From a virus (taxonomy: Duplodnaviria > Caudoviricetes), in the IMG/VR virus record IMGVR_UViG_3300031519_007166, positions 1 to 37,986 of that record: a stretch of DNA of 37,986 nucleotides; one strand, given 5' to 3'. Position numbers and translations under genes: made by a program. The notes under the pieces are model-generated. The model saw only the letters and a program-made list of their open reading frames with translations. It was not told the DNA's origin and did no database searches. Below, piece after piece: positions 21,128 to 30,214 of this stretch. Numbering within the stretch: the stretch's first letter is position 1; every line of letters begins with the position of its first letter.

Positions 21128-21789
21128 TTCCAGTCTTCCTCGTATCCTAGAATGGTTTCAGGTATAGCGTCTGTATCTTGTTGATAGCTAGACAGCTTTC
21201 TAATAATAGATACACCTTCTGAGTGACTTAATGAATTAATGTCTGTAGATAAATCTAGATTTTCTAAGCATTTAAATGGGCTTACTCCTAACCTTTTACA
21301 AAGAACATCCATGAAATTAATTTGGTTATTAGTAATCTTTCCAGCAGTTGTGCCATCAATATCATCTTCTATTTCTTCTGCTAGTTCTTCAGCAGCTACA
21401 ACCTTACGAAGTCTCAACCCTCTACGCAAAGCTCTACCTTCAGCCCTTGTTTCTGCAACAGCTACAGGATGGTTTCTGAATATTTTATCACAGTTGCCCC
21501 AATATACGTCAGCAGCCCCATTAACGCTTCTGGTTTTAACTTCTGCTGGAAGATCCTGATCATTTAAAATAAAAGTCAGAGAATGAACAACAGTGGCTCT
21601 ATTTCCGTTATCTGGGTCAGGAGACTGAGCAACTTCTGAAGAAGAACCTACTACTGTACATTCTAAGGCAATTTCGAAAACTCTACGCAAACCATCTGTC
21701 GTAGGGTTCCCTGCGATTTTTTCATCATCTGAAAGAAGACCCAAAACATAATCTGTCCATTCAATGTCATGTATAGCTGGCTTTGTCAT
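21124..21789 (-). CDS. Rad52/Rad22(Sak)-like single-strand annealing protein
   Basis: RATV...GAAD...AVAETRAEGRALRR motif; C-terminal ITxxQ...LSxxE helical module. Confidence 0.55.
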   Translation of the reverse strand: MTKPAIHDIEWTDYVLGLLSDDEKIAGNPTTDGLRRVFEIALECTVVGSSSEVAQSPDPDNGNRATVVHSLTFILNDQDLPAEVKTRSVNGAADVYWGNCDKIFRNHPVAVAETRAEGRALRRGLRLRKVVAAEELAEEIEDDIDGTTAGKITNNQINFMDVLCKRLGVSPFKCLENLDLSTDINSLSHSEGVSIIRKLSSYQQDTDAIPETILGYEEDWK

Positions 21790-22574
21790 TATTCATCCTT
21801 TATTGTAAATAAATTATCGTTTGTATTATTGGTCTTAATATTATCTATTACTTTAGATAGTTTATCATATAAAAGTAACGCTCTAGCATTAGAGTAGTCA
21901 CCCTCCTGTTTTATTCTAATTAGTTTCATGCCTTTGCCAAGGATCAAACCTGTTTTCTTTTGGTCGTACTTCTTATTCTTGCTTAATGAATCTTGTCCCC
22001 ACACTGGAGAAAAATGAGAAGGACCATCTACTTCTATTGCAGTATTGGTATCTGGAAGATAAAGATCAATTTGTAATTTAGTATTAACTAAAGTTTGCTC
22101 TTTGTGAAATTGTACTTTAATATTATTTTCTATAAGTTTATTTAAAAGAAACTTTTCTAATTTAGATCCTTCTTTACTTGTGCGTCTAATAGCAACATGT
22201 GCTGCATGAGCCATATTTTCTTTTTGAATATCTGATAACTTATTCCAATTTTTTTTACTTTGTGTTTTTCTTTTATCTTTTTCTTTGTCCGTTAATTTAT
22301 TCCAAGAACTATGCACACCTAAAGAAATTTTATTCTTTTCATTTTCTGATCTTTGCTTGCCTTTTGTTGGATGGGCAGCTTTACCAGTTTTTAAAACATT
22401 TTTTTGAGCATCACTCTTGTTTCTAATTTTCATACCATACTTAATAGCATCGCGTCTAATCTTATTAGGATAAGTACTATATTTTTCAGCCATGTCTCCA
22501 AAAGACATTTTATTATCGACATAACATTCTTGTATAATTTTACGTTTTTGTAAATCACTCATCTTTTGGTACAT
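21789..22574 (-). CDS. Putative free-standing homing endonuclease: HTH + NUMOD3-like + Vsr/EDxHD (DUF559-like) nuclease
   Basis: HPTKGKQRSENEKNKIS (NUMOD3-like); SKLE, IDLY, IEVDGPSHF, YDQKK catalytic pattern. ATG at 22574 has an AAGGA RBS and is preferred over TTG at 22580. Confidence 0.7.
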   Translation of the reverse strand: MYQKMSDLQKRKIIQECYVDNKMSFGDMAEKYSTYPNKIRRDAIKYGMKIRNKSDAQKNVLKTGKAAHPTKGKQRSENEKNKISLGVHSSWNKLTDKEKDKRKTQSKKNWNKLSDIQKENMAHAAHVAIRRTSKEGSKLEKFLLNKLIENNIKVQFHKEQTLVNTKLQIDLYLPDTNTAIEVDGPSHFSPVWGQDSLSKNKKYDQKKTGLILGKGMKLIRIKQEGDYSNARALLLYDKLSKVIDNIKTNNTNDNLFTIKDE

Positions 22575-22962
22575 TGTCAATTTCCTTTAAAGATTTAATA
22601 TTTTTAATTTCTAGATTAGGATATTTTTCTTTGTATATCTTTAGCAGCTCTTCGTTGTCATAAGTGAAAAAACTATGATGATCATACACTTCTGGTAAAT
22701 CTATCATTTTTTCATCTAGCAAGATAACATCTTTTTTATCACTATTTAAATAGTATGTATGAAAATAAGGAGAAAAAGCATTTTCTGCTACTACATAACT
22801 ATCAGTGTATATTGCATAATTGTAATCAAATAAAAATTCATTAGATTTCATTAATTGTAAAAGCTCTTGAAAACATTTACTTTGATACATGTTTGCATCA
22901 AATACAGAACAAGCAAGTGCTAAATTGTTAACGGTATAACCTATTTTTAATGTAGAGTTCAT
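22555..22962 (-). CDS. Hypothetical protein (135 aa) in glycosylation-like cluster
   Basis: ORF abutting/overlapping neighbours in the operon; no recognised motif. Confidence 0.6.
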   Translation of the reverse strand: MNSTLKIGYTVNNLALACSVFDANMYQSKCFQELLQLMKSNEFLFDYNYAIYTDSYVVAENAFSPYFHTYYLNSDKKDVILLDEKMIDLPEVYDHHSFFTYDNEELLKIYKEKYPNLEIKNIKSLKEIDNVPKDE

Positions 22963-22966
22963 AGAA

Positions 22967-23665
22967 TTATCCTATATATTGTTGAATGGACTTTTTATTG
23001 TATATTAAATGCGTGTCTTTACTTTTTAAAAGTATAGTTTTGCATGTTAGATTTTGAGAGATGCATTGATTAATAATTTCAAACATAAACTTATTACCAT
23101 TTATTTTAATATCAAAATTGTTTACTATAAATTCTTTAGCTTTGTTATTTAAATAAGATAATCCTATATACTTATTTTCTAGTCCAAAAAATATATTAGA
23201 TACTTTTTCTTGATTAACGATGCAACCTAAATCGATATCATTATATTGCTGGTGTTTTTGATGTATACATCCTATCAAAATATCATGTTCTGTTTTTTGC
23301 AAACTAAAAACGTTAAGAGCATTAACAGAAAACACTAGGCCGCTTTCTATAGTATAAATATTATCATATTTGGCAAGCTTTAATCCTTCTATCAGAGAGC
23401 CACCATAATTAATATTATCTACGTCTAAATGAGAGTAGCTTATATTTAACTTTTTATTTTCAATAAACTTTAGCGTTCTGTTGTGCTCAATGCTGTTAAC
23501 AAGTATAATTTCATATCTTGTATTTTTACAAAATTTTTCTATAGATGTAATTTGTTTTTCTATGATCTTTTTTCTTTTAATACTAAACAAGCATTTAGAA
23601 CCTAATGATTTAATTCCACTATCATAATATGGACATAAGATTATAAAGCTTCTTGATTTTCTCAT
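22967..23665 (-). CDS. Sugar/choline-phosphate nucleotidyltransferase-fold (GT-A) protein, degenerate active-site loop
   Basis: IILCPYYDSGIKSLGSKCL...IIEKQI aligns with the IILAAGxGxR...PKCL signature; N-x-GGSL and GL-x-Y-L motifs further on. Confidence 0.6.
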   Translation of the reverse strand: MRKSRSFIILCPYYDSGIKSLGSKCLFSIKRKKIIEKQITSIEKFCKNTRYEIILVNSIEHNRTLKFIENKKLNISYSHLDVDNINYGGSLIEGLKLAKYDNIYTIESGLVFSVNALNVFSLQKTEHDILIGCIHQKHQQYNDIDLGCIVNQEKVSNIFFGLENKYIGLSYLNNKAKEFIVNNFDIKINGNKFMFEIINQCISQNLTCKTILLKSKDTHLIYNKKSIQQYIG

Positions 23666-24084
23666 AGTTTTCTTACTGTTACAGAGTATTCATAGCCATT
23701 ACAAAAAGACGCAGATTGCACAGTAATACCCTTTACATCAGTTAATATTAAAATCAATTCATTCATAGAGTAAGAGATAGTTCTTTTTGTGTCATACAAC
23801 ACATATCTAAACTTAGGTAAATCTAAATTTGTTTTATAAACATACCAACACATTTGCATTAGGTCTGGTGCTTTAATGTGTAGTAATCCTTTTTCTTTTA
23901 ATTTAGAACTAATATCTAATAATAATTCTATAGATTTTTCTGTATCGAAATAATCTAGCAAGTCTCCTATGTATATGTCTTCATAGGTATTTTCTTTTAG
24001 ATCTTCTAATTCATTAATTAAATTTGTATTATATCCTTTAGGATAATCTGCTTCTTCATGCAGCAAAAGTGCTATCTTTTTCAT
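23662..24084 (-). CDS. Truncated class I SAM-methyltransferase-like protein (140 aa)
   Basis: ENTYEDIY...LLDYF...SKLKEKGLLHIKAPD resembles the C-terminal half of Methyltransf_11; no GxGxG motif I. Confidence 0.5.
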   Translation of the reverse strand: MKKIALLLHEEADYPKGYNTNLINELEDLKENTYEDIYIGDLLDYFDTEKSIELLLDISSKLKEKGLLHIKAPDLMQMCWYVYKTNLDLPKFRYVLYDTKRTISYSMNELILILTDVKGITVQSASFCNGYEYSVTVRKL

Positions 24085-24553
24085 TGTTGTTGTCTACTTT
24101 AAAAGGTAGTGATATTAGATTTTGTAAAATTTCTTTCCATTTATTTATATTCTCTTTACTAGTAATATCATAATGTAATATATGATGATAAAGATCAATA
24201 TTCCAAGAATGTGCTATATTTTCACTTAATGCTATCTGTGTATAAGTAACTCTAGGTTTCGATATTTTGTGTGATTCTATATATTCTGGTTTGACATCAT
24301 GATCCACTATTAATAATGGAGTATGAAAATATTGTGACAGTTTAACACATTTGTCTAAAGAGTCAGACCTACTATTACATAAAACTAAATGAACAGGGAA
24401 ATGAGCATATATCATGTCTTCTGCTGTTATATTAATTCCACCATCAAGTATTTTATTAATAAAGGTATTAAATTTCTTATCGTCACAGTGAGAGGATACA
24501 ACATTTATATTTTTTTTATTTAATGTCTTTTGTATGATATTATTTATTAACAT
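24056..24553 (-). CDS. Hypothetical protein (165 aa), possible GT-B N-terminal-domain remnant
   Basis: HLVLCN...HTPLLIVDH Rossmann-like pattern; overlaps both neighbours. Confidence 0.45.
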   Translation of the reverse strand: MLINNIIQKTLNKKNINVVSSHCDDKKFNTFINKILDGGINITAEDMIYAHFPVHLVLCNSRSDSLDKCVKLSQYFHTPLLIVDHDVKPEYIESHKISKPRVTYTQIALSENIAHSWNIDLYHHILHYDITSKENINKWKEILQNLISLPFKVDNNNEKDSTFAA

Positions 24554-25650
24554 ATTAAATTACTTACGTGTTTTATGTCATAGTTATTTATTAGTACATC
24601 ACCATATAAATCTTGATCCTCAAACCTGCTATAAAAAGCATTAAACATATTTTCCCTTAAACTATTACTATCTATAGAATAATAGTAATTATACATTGTA
24701 TTATTAGTTTCATCATCATGGTATTTGACGTTGATATTACAAGGAGATGAGTTAACCAAAAAAATGTTTGGCAATATATGTGCAGAAGATGTGTTAGCAT
24801 TTCCGATAATTCGCTTATTCATAGCCGCTGCTTTTAAAAACAAGTAATTAAAATTGTTGCCTTTACTAACGTCTATTACGCAATCAATTGAGTTTATTAG
24901 CTTAACTTCTTTATCAATCGAAAATATTCCATTTAAAATTTTAGGTAGGCTTTTATTTGCTGGAGATATATTAGCTGATACTGCGATTCTTCTTATTACA
25001 TCTGTTAATACTTGTATTTGATCATCGTCAAGTGTTTGAGTTCTAATAATAAGTTTAGTTTGGCTATTCATTAATGATGTGATGTAAACGTAAAATAATT
25101 TTTCCCAATCATATAGATCAGTAAATTCTATTTCGCTGTAAAAATAATATTGATTTGGTTCAACCCAGTCAAATTTATCTTTGGAGTATTCAGATGTTTT
25201 GTTAAGATCAATATACTCAGGACAGTACTTAATTTTTCTAAGACATTTATCATTAACAACTCCAGATAGATTGTGCAATTTATCTAATGTATTGACTATT
25301 ATTCTGTCTAATAAATTAAATCTACTTTCTATTATAGGATCAGCATTTAAATAATTAAATGAATATATTCCTATGTTCATTTCGAATCTTGAATCATATA
25401 CATAGCTAAGGGCATCGCAATGTTGTATACAGATGTCATAATGGTCTAACTTCTCAATGGTATATTTTTTAATTGTTTCATCGAGATTTTTTTCTTCTCT
25501 ATGTGTATGATCTGTTTTAGTGTAAATTGGTATGCAATGTAGGTTGTGACCTAAAGCACTTAATGCTAAAATGTTATTAGTAGCAGCATTTCCTCTGTCT
25601 GTATATTCAGTATACGGACCTATGTATAAAATATTTTTATTTGTTGTCAT
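24547..25650 (-). CDS. Glycosyltransferase family 4 (GT-B)-like protein, degenerate
   Basis: NILYIGP...G.A...ILAL...GH, YDICIQH, TKLIIRT, IDCVIDVSKG...AAAMNKRII. The canonical E-x7-E glutamates are replaced. Confidence 0.65.
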   Translation of the reverse strand: MTTNKNILYIGPYTEYTDRGNAATNNILALSALGHNLHCIPIYTKTDHTHREEKNLDETIKKYTIEKLDHYDICIQHCDALSYVYDSRFEMNIGIYSFNYLNADPIIESRFNLLDRIIVNTLDKLHNLSGVVNDKCLRKIKYCPEYIDLNKTSEYSKDKFDWVEPNQYYFYSEIEFTDLYDWEKLFYVYITSLMNSQTKLIIRTQTLDDDQIQVLTDVIRRIAVSANISPANKSLPKILNGIFSIDKEVKLINSIDCVIDVSKGNNFNYLFLKAAAMNKRIIGNANTSSAHILPNIFLVNSSPCNINVKYHDDETNNTMYNYYYSIDSNSLRENMFNAFYSRFEDQDLYGDVLINNYDIKHVSNLIC

Positions 25651-27253
25651 ATTTTAAAAATGGAGAATTGTCTGTAGCTTCTCCAGATCTCACCTTATCC
25701 ATTACTGCTTTATGATTTAAATATGCTTCTAGTACTTTTTTAGCTTTTTTTCTATCAAAATTTTCTATACCACCACCGGTATTAACATATCCCTCATCTA
25801 AATGTTTGATGATAGATTGTGCAAAGGTAGTTTTTAATATGTGGGGACTTTGTAATACCTCTTTAATTATAAAACTAACCCATTCTCTATTAGATGTGTT
25901 CTCTGGTACTTTAAGTCCGGGGTTGATTGTTAAAGGTTTATCCCAAATATTTTTAGGCTCTAAACTATCAAATAGTTCAATATATCTTTCTGCTGTTTTA
26001 TCCCAACTATAATTTAATATTAAATTTTCTCTAATTTTATTTTTCTTTTCTTCAATTTGTTCTTCAGTTAGTTCTCTATATTGATATAACTCTCTTACTA
26101 AAGATCTATCGTCTGGTACTGCTCTGAAAGCATTAGTCTCAAGTTCTTTAAATAGAGTGTATGGTATTTTAGTTCCTTCTAATTTAGTAGACACTTCGCT
26201 CATTGCACTATAATCCACACAGAAGATAGGTATTCCACAAGCAGCAGCTTCTAACTGTGGAATGCCTAGTCCTTCACAGATGGCGTACTGAACATACACA
26301 TCAAATAAATTATAAATATTTTTAAGCTGATTATCTGTAAGTCCTTTTACAACATTAGGGAAGCCAGCATTTTTTTGCTTACAGAAAGGACAAACAGTGC
26401 TTGATCCAGACCAAAAGAGTGCGCTAGGTTTTTTACAGGATTGGCAATAGTATGTAAATAAAACATTATTATATATTCCATATTCTAATAAAAGTTCTGG
26501 AATTTCCCATCCCTGTTTTTCTGGATAACTTGTATGTAGATATAAATAAACATTAGGGTTTTTAGTCAGTGCTTTAAAATCTCTTATAACACCAAATAGA
26601 TTAGGTATTAATTTTCTTTTTTGATTTCTTAAAACAGACCCAACAATGAATGCTTTATCTGGATTTGGCACTAAGTGGTTGTGTCTATTGAATGATGTAG
26701 AAAAATTAATTGGTTTAAAAACATCAGAATCTACAGAATCTGATACGCTATATTTAGCTTTAATATTATATGGAGAATCTTTCATGTAATCTATAGCCCA
26801 ATCAGTATGGGCAAGAGCAACATCAGCATTACAAAATGTCTGCATCCATGCATCTCTTTGAGGTAAAGAGTCTACTGTAGGTGCAACAATCCAGTGAAAA
26901 TATGGTCTTAGTAAAGAATTTTCTTCGTATGCAAGCATCCAGAAATCACGAATATCAAATACAATATCCGGCCTGAAATCTAAAACTACTTGATCAAATC
27001 TCCATTTACCAAAAGCATTTTCTTGATCTCTGTTATATAACTTATTTTGTTCTTTGTCTTCTGGATGTGGAACGTTAGGATAAACTTTCCAAGGAACTCT
27101 GCTTGGCTCTACCCCAGGATTAAAACAACTTAGTTCTGCTAAAACATATTTATCTGTTTTATGTAATCTAGACAAGATCTCCCTAGTATACAAGCCGAAT
27201 CCTGATTTAGCAATGTGGTGCTCTCCTACCATCAATATTCTTTTTTTGCTCAT
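25637..27253 (-). CDS. Glycosyltransferase family 4 (GT-B) with inserted CxxC...CxxC zinc ribbon
   Basis: SGFG, FRPDIV, RNQKRK, IYNLFDVYV...EGLGIPQLEAAACG, YSWDK; CQSC...CPFC insert; AGGAG RBS. Confidence 0.9.
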   Translation of the reverse strand: MSKKRILMVGEHHIAKSGFGLYTREILSRLHKTDKYVLAELSCFNPGVEPSRVPWKVYPNVPHPEDKEQNKLYNRDQENAFGKWRFDQVVLDFRPDIVFDIRDFWMLAYEENSLLRPYFHWIVAPTVDSLPQRDAWMQTFCNADVALAHTDWAIDYMKDSPYNIKAKYSVSDSVDSDVFKPINFSTSFNRHNHLVPNPDKAFIVGSVLRNQKRKLIPNLFGVIRDFKALTKNPNVYLYLHTSYPEKQGWEIPELLLEYGIYNNVLFTYYCQSCKKPSALFWSGSSTVCPFCKQKNAGFPNVVKGLTDNQLKNIYNLFDVYVQYAICEGLGIPQLEAAACGIPIFCVDYSAMSEVSTKLEGTKIPYTLFKELETNAFRAVPDDRSLVRELYQYRELTEEQIEEKKNKIRENLILNYSWDKTAERYIELFDSLEPKNIWDKPLTINPGLKVPENTSNREWVSFIIKEVLQSPHILKTTFAQSIIKHLDEGYVNTGGGIENFDRKKAKKVLEAYLNHKAVMDKVRSGEATDNSPFLKYDNK

Positions 27254-27300
27254 ATACTAAAGATCTCCTGTAAATTAAAATGAAACTAAATAAATAATTC

Positions 27301-27693
27301 TTAGAATGCAACAGGTGTTTCACTAGAATCAACTGTTGATTGTGTAGAGCCAGCCGTAGTTTTCTTCAGCTTAGTAATTTTAGAAAAATTATTTACTCTA
27401 ACCTTCATACTATTATGTTTAACTCCATCCTTTTCCCACTTGTCGTTTCTCATCGAACCTTCGACGAAAACTAAATCTCCCTTTCGGAAAGATTCCGCAA
27501 TAAGTTCTGCTCCGCTATCCCATGCCTCACAAGGGATATATGAAACAATCTTATCACGCGTTCCGTTAGACTTGGTATATTCCCTAGAAACAGCTACTGT
27601 AAAGTTAATAACAGAAATAGATCTATCGCTAGTACTAATGTGACGCAATTCAGGATCTCTTGTTAGATTACCTCGTAAAATTACCATATTCAT
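27301..27693 (-). CDS. ssb: Single-stranded DNA-binding protein
   Basis: MNMVILRGNLTRDPELR, FTVAV, CEAW, KGDLVFVEG, WEKDG; AGGAG RBS. Confidence 0.95.
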   Translation of the reverse strand: MNMVILRGNLTRDPELRHISTSDRSISVINFTVAVSREYTKSNGTRDKIVSYIPCEAWDSGAELIAESFRKGDLVFVEGSMRNDKWEKDGVKHNSMKVRVNNFSKITKLKKTTAGSTQSTVDSSETPVAF

Positions 27694-27731
27694 TTTATAA
27701 ACTCCTAAAAAATGTTTAAGTTCAATACAAC

Positions 27732-27759
27732 ATAGTATTGATTCCTATCGAACTGTCAA
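27732..27759 (-). promoter_or_regulatory. Sigma70-type promoter upstream of ssb, with an inverted repeat over the -10
   Basis: Minus strand reads TTGACA (27759-27754), 16 nt, TACTAT (27737-27732). Inverted repeat tcaatac-N6-gtattga at 27722-27741. Confidence 0.55.
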
Positions 27760-29360
27760 GCTTTGGGTATGTAAACCTTATCTACAATCAAACTGTCCCT
27801 ATCTTTAGAACGAATACCTTTTATAATAACAATATTACTATTAAAAAGAACATTTTGATAAGTTCTATAAGATTCTGGGAAAGCTATTACAGATTCCAGA
27901 ACTCCCGTATTGTCAGACATACTAATAAAAGCCATATCTGATCCTTTATTTTTTCCTGTTTTAGTTTTTACAATATTAATACTTTCTATTTCTCCAGCCA
28001 TTACAATTTCTTGATTAGTTGTTTTACTAAATTCAGCACAAGTTGTATTAGCATTTGAAACGTCATACATATCTATTTTAGAGCAAGAGATAGAATGACC
28101 TAGTAATTCATATTCTTTGTCTGCTATCCATTCAATAGAGTCATTTAAATCAAATGGAGGCTTGTCTAAAGACAGTATATGATTCTGTACTATTTCTTTT
28201 CTTCTAATATTAATTTTATCCTGATGTAATAATTGAAGTATTTTTTTAAGATTGGTATTTTTGTCTATATATTTTTGACATTTTTCTATTTCTTTTTTGG
28301 TTAAGTCTGATGCAATACTATATTCAAACAGCATTTCGTTTCTAGGTTTTCCCAAATGATCTAGAGCACCAGAAGCAATAATAGCTTTTGATGCTGTGCT
28401 GTTTATATTAAGTAAAATATTCAATAGCATTTCAATCCATGTATATGAGGAAATATCTATTTTATTAACTAGATTTTCTAGCTTATTAAAAACAGATTGT
28501 CCAAGACCTTTTATGTCTGTTAAACCAAAATAAATAATCTTATCTTTTAATACAAAGTATCTATTAATTTTTCTAATATCTGGTGTTGATACATGTATGT
28601 CCATTTGTGAAGCGTTTTGTATAAGTTCTTTAATTTCTTGTTGTGCATCTAGTTTATCCTTAGCAAATTTCAAATAAGACGCAAAAAAAGTTCTAGTAAA
28701 ATGAGCTTTGCTATAAGCAGACAAATATGCGTTCATAGCATAGCTTACTGCATGGCTTTTATTAAAAGAGTATCTTTGACTTTTTTCAATCCAAGAAAAA
28801 ATTTGTTCAGCTTGTTCTTGTGATATAATATTTTTTTTAGCACACCCTTGCAGGAATTTATTTTTAAGTTTAGACATTTCATCTGCTTTTTTCTTTCCAA
28901 TAGCTTTTCTTAACATATCTGCTTCTCGTAAGTCAAAACCTGCTAATTCTTTGGCAATCTGCATAGCCTGTTCTTGATATACCATTTCTCCATAAGTGTT
29001 TCCAAGAATAGATTCTAAAGAAGGATGGAAATAGTCAACAGATTCCAAACCATTCTTTTTATCAATATAATGAGTACTAACAGTTTTTCCATCTCGTACA
29101 GCTTCTAGACAGCCGGGACGCATAATGCTAATCAATGCAGAAAGTTGTTCTATAGAATCTGGCTTTAATTTCTTAGCCATACTTCTACCAAGTCTAGACT
29201 CTAACTGGAAACAACCTTTTGTATTCCCAGCAGATATCATATTCCATGTTGCCGAACAGTTTAAATTAATTTGACCAATATCTGGATTAAAAATGATATT
29301 ACCATTCTTATCCAATGGAAATTTGCAACCGCATTTAGAATACTTAAAATATTTTGTCAT
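27756..29360 (-). CDS. dnaE: DNA polymerase III alpha subunit, C-terminal part (fingers, HhH, OB fold)
   Basis: GCFQLES, MRPG, YGEMVYQEQAM, ADMLRKAIGKKK, YSFNKSHAVSYA, FGLTDIKGLG, MAFISMSDNTG. Confidence 0.93.
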   Translation of the reverse strand: MTKYFKYSKCGCKFPLDKNGNIIFNPDIGQINLNCSATWNMISAGNTKGCFQLESRLGRSMAKKLKPDSIEQLSALISIMRPGCLEAVRDGKTVSTHYIDKKNGLESVDYFHPSLESILGNTYGEMVYQEQAMQIAKELAGFDLREADMLRKAIGKKKADEMSKLKNKFLQGCAKKNIISQEQAEQIFSWIEKSQRYSFNKSHAVSYAMNAYLSAYSKAHFTRTFFASYLKFAKDKLDAQQEIKELIQNASQMDIHVSTPDIRKINRYFVLKDKIIYFGLTDIKGLGQSVFNKLENLVNKIDISSYTWIEMLLNILLNINSTASKAIIASGALDHLGKPRNEMLFEYSIASDLTKKEIEKCQKYIDKNTNLKKILQLLHQDKINIRRKEIVQNHILSLDKPPFDLNDSIEWIADKEYELLGHSISCSKIDMYDVSNANTTCAEFSKTTNQEIVMAGEIESINIVKTKTGKNKGSDMAFISMSDNTGVLESVIAFPESYRTYQNVLFNSNIVIIKGIRSKDRDSLIVDKVYIPKA

Positions 29361-30037
29361 GCAAAAGAATCCCTAAATTTAATTTTACTAGCCATATTTC
29401 TATGAAGTCTTAAAAATCTTATTAATATTTCAGCACAGTCTTGAACATCACCCAAAGCATCATGAGCATTGTCTTTAGACATTCCAAAATAATCTCTCAT
29501 ATTATCTAGAGAAAGACTCTTTACCTCATCATTATTTTCAAACCATAAAAACATTAAATGCATTAAATCTATTTTGTCTCTAGGATGAAAAATATTATTA
29601 GTCTTATCTTTCCCAACATTTTTGTATTTACCAGCAACCCTGTCTACAATAGGAAGATCAAATCTCAGTATATTATATCCTGCTGAAATTGGAGCAGAAA
29701 ACATACTTCTTCGAGAACTTCTTGAGTGATACTTATCTAAATAGTTAACAAATTGACCCCATGATTGTTTTTGTGATGGAAACTTTTTCCAGTTATTAAG
29801 AACTTCTGTTGCTGTGCTTTTCTGAGCCTTCGCATGAAATTCTAATAACTCTATATCATATTGATGTTCTGGGTCTTTGTCTAAAAGTTCGGGCTTTAGA
29901 TTTATATTAAACTCAGAATTGGGTACAATATCTAGTTTTTCAGGATCAATCATGACACAAGCAAGTTGTACCGGACTACAAACATACGGATCTTTGCCGT
30001 CTGTTTCAAAATCAAACACACATATTTTATTTTTCAT
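29357..30037 (-). CDS. dnaQ: DEDDh 3'-5' exonuclease (DnaQ/epsilon-like)
   Basis: ExoI FDFETDG, ExoII GYNILRFD, ExoIII HDALGD. Confidence 0.88.
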   Translation of the reverse strand: MKNKICVFDFETDGKDPYVCSPVQLACVMIDPEKLDIVPNSEFNINLKPELLDKDPEHQYDIELLEFHAKAQKSTATEVLNNWKKFPSQKQSWGQFVNYLDKYHSRSSRRSMFSAPISAGYNILRFDLPIVDRVAGKYKNVGKDKTNNIFHPRDKIDLMHLMFLWFENNDEVKSLSLDNMRDYFGMSKDNAHDALGDVQDCAEILIRFLRLHRNMASKIKFRDSFA

Positions 30038-30212
30038 TAATTTTAGTAACCTTGTCTAAGGGTCTGAATACCATATCTTCTCCTGTATCTCTACGTTTAG
30101 CATTACATTTTACTTTGCAACAACTAACTCTGACTTCTGCAACTTTGACACATTGATTGTTTTGACCTTCTTTCACAAAAATGTCATTAACACCCAGATC
30201 TTTAAATTCCAT
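30027..30212 (-). CDS. Small Cys-containing hypothetical protein (about 61 aa)
   Basis: AAGGAG lies 7 nt before the ATG at 30212 (alternative ATG at 30218 overlaps the dnaE-N stop). Fills the gap exactly; SCCKVKC motif. Confidence 0.65.
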   Translation of the reverse strand: MEFKDLGVNDIFVKEGQNNQCVKVAEVRVSCCKVKCNAKRRDTGEDMVFRPLDKVTKINEK

Positions 30213-30214
30213 AA

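Noticed and set aside
22575-22580. Second TTGACA on the minus strand
   Set aside because: No acceptable -10 at 16-18 nt; lies inside overlapping coding sequence.
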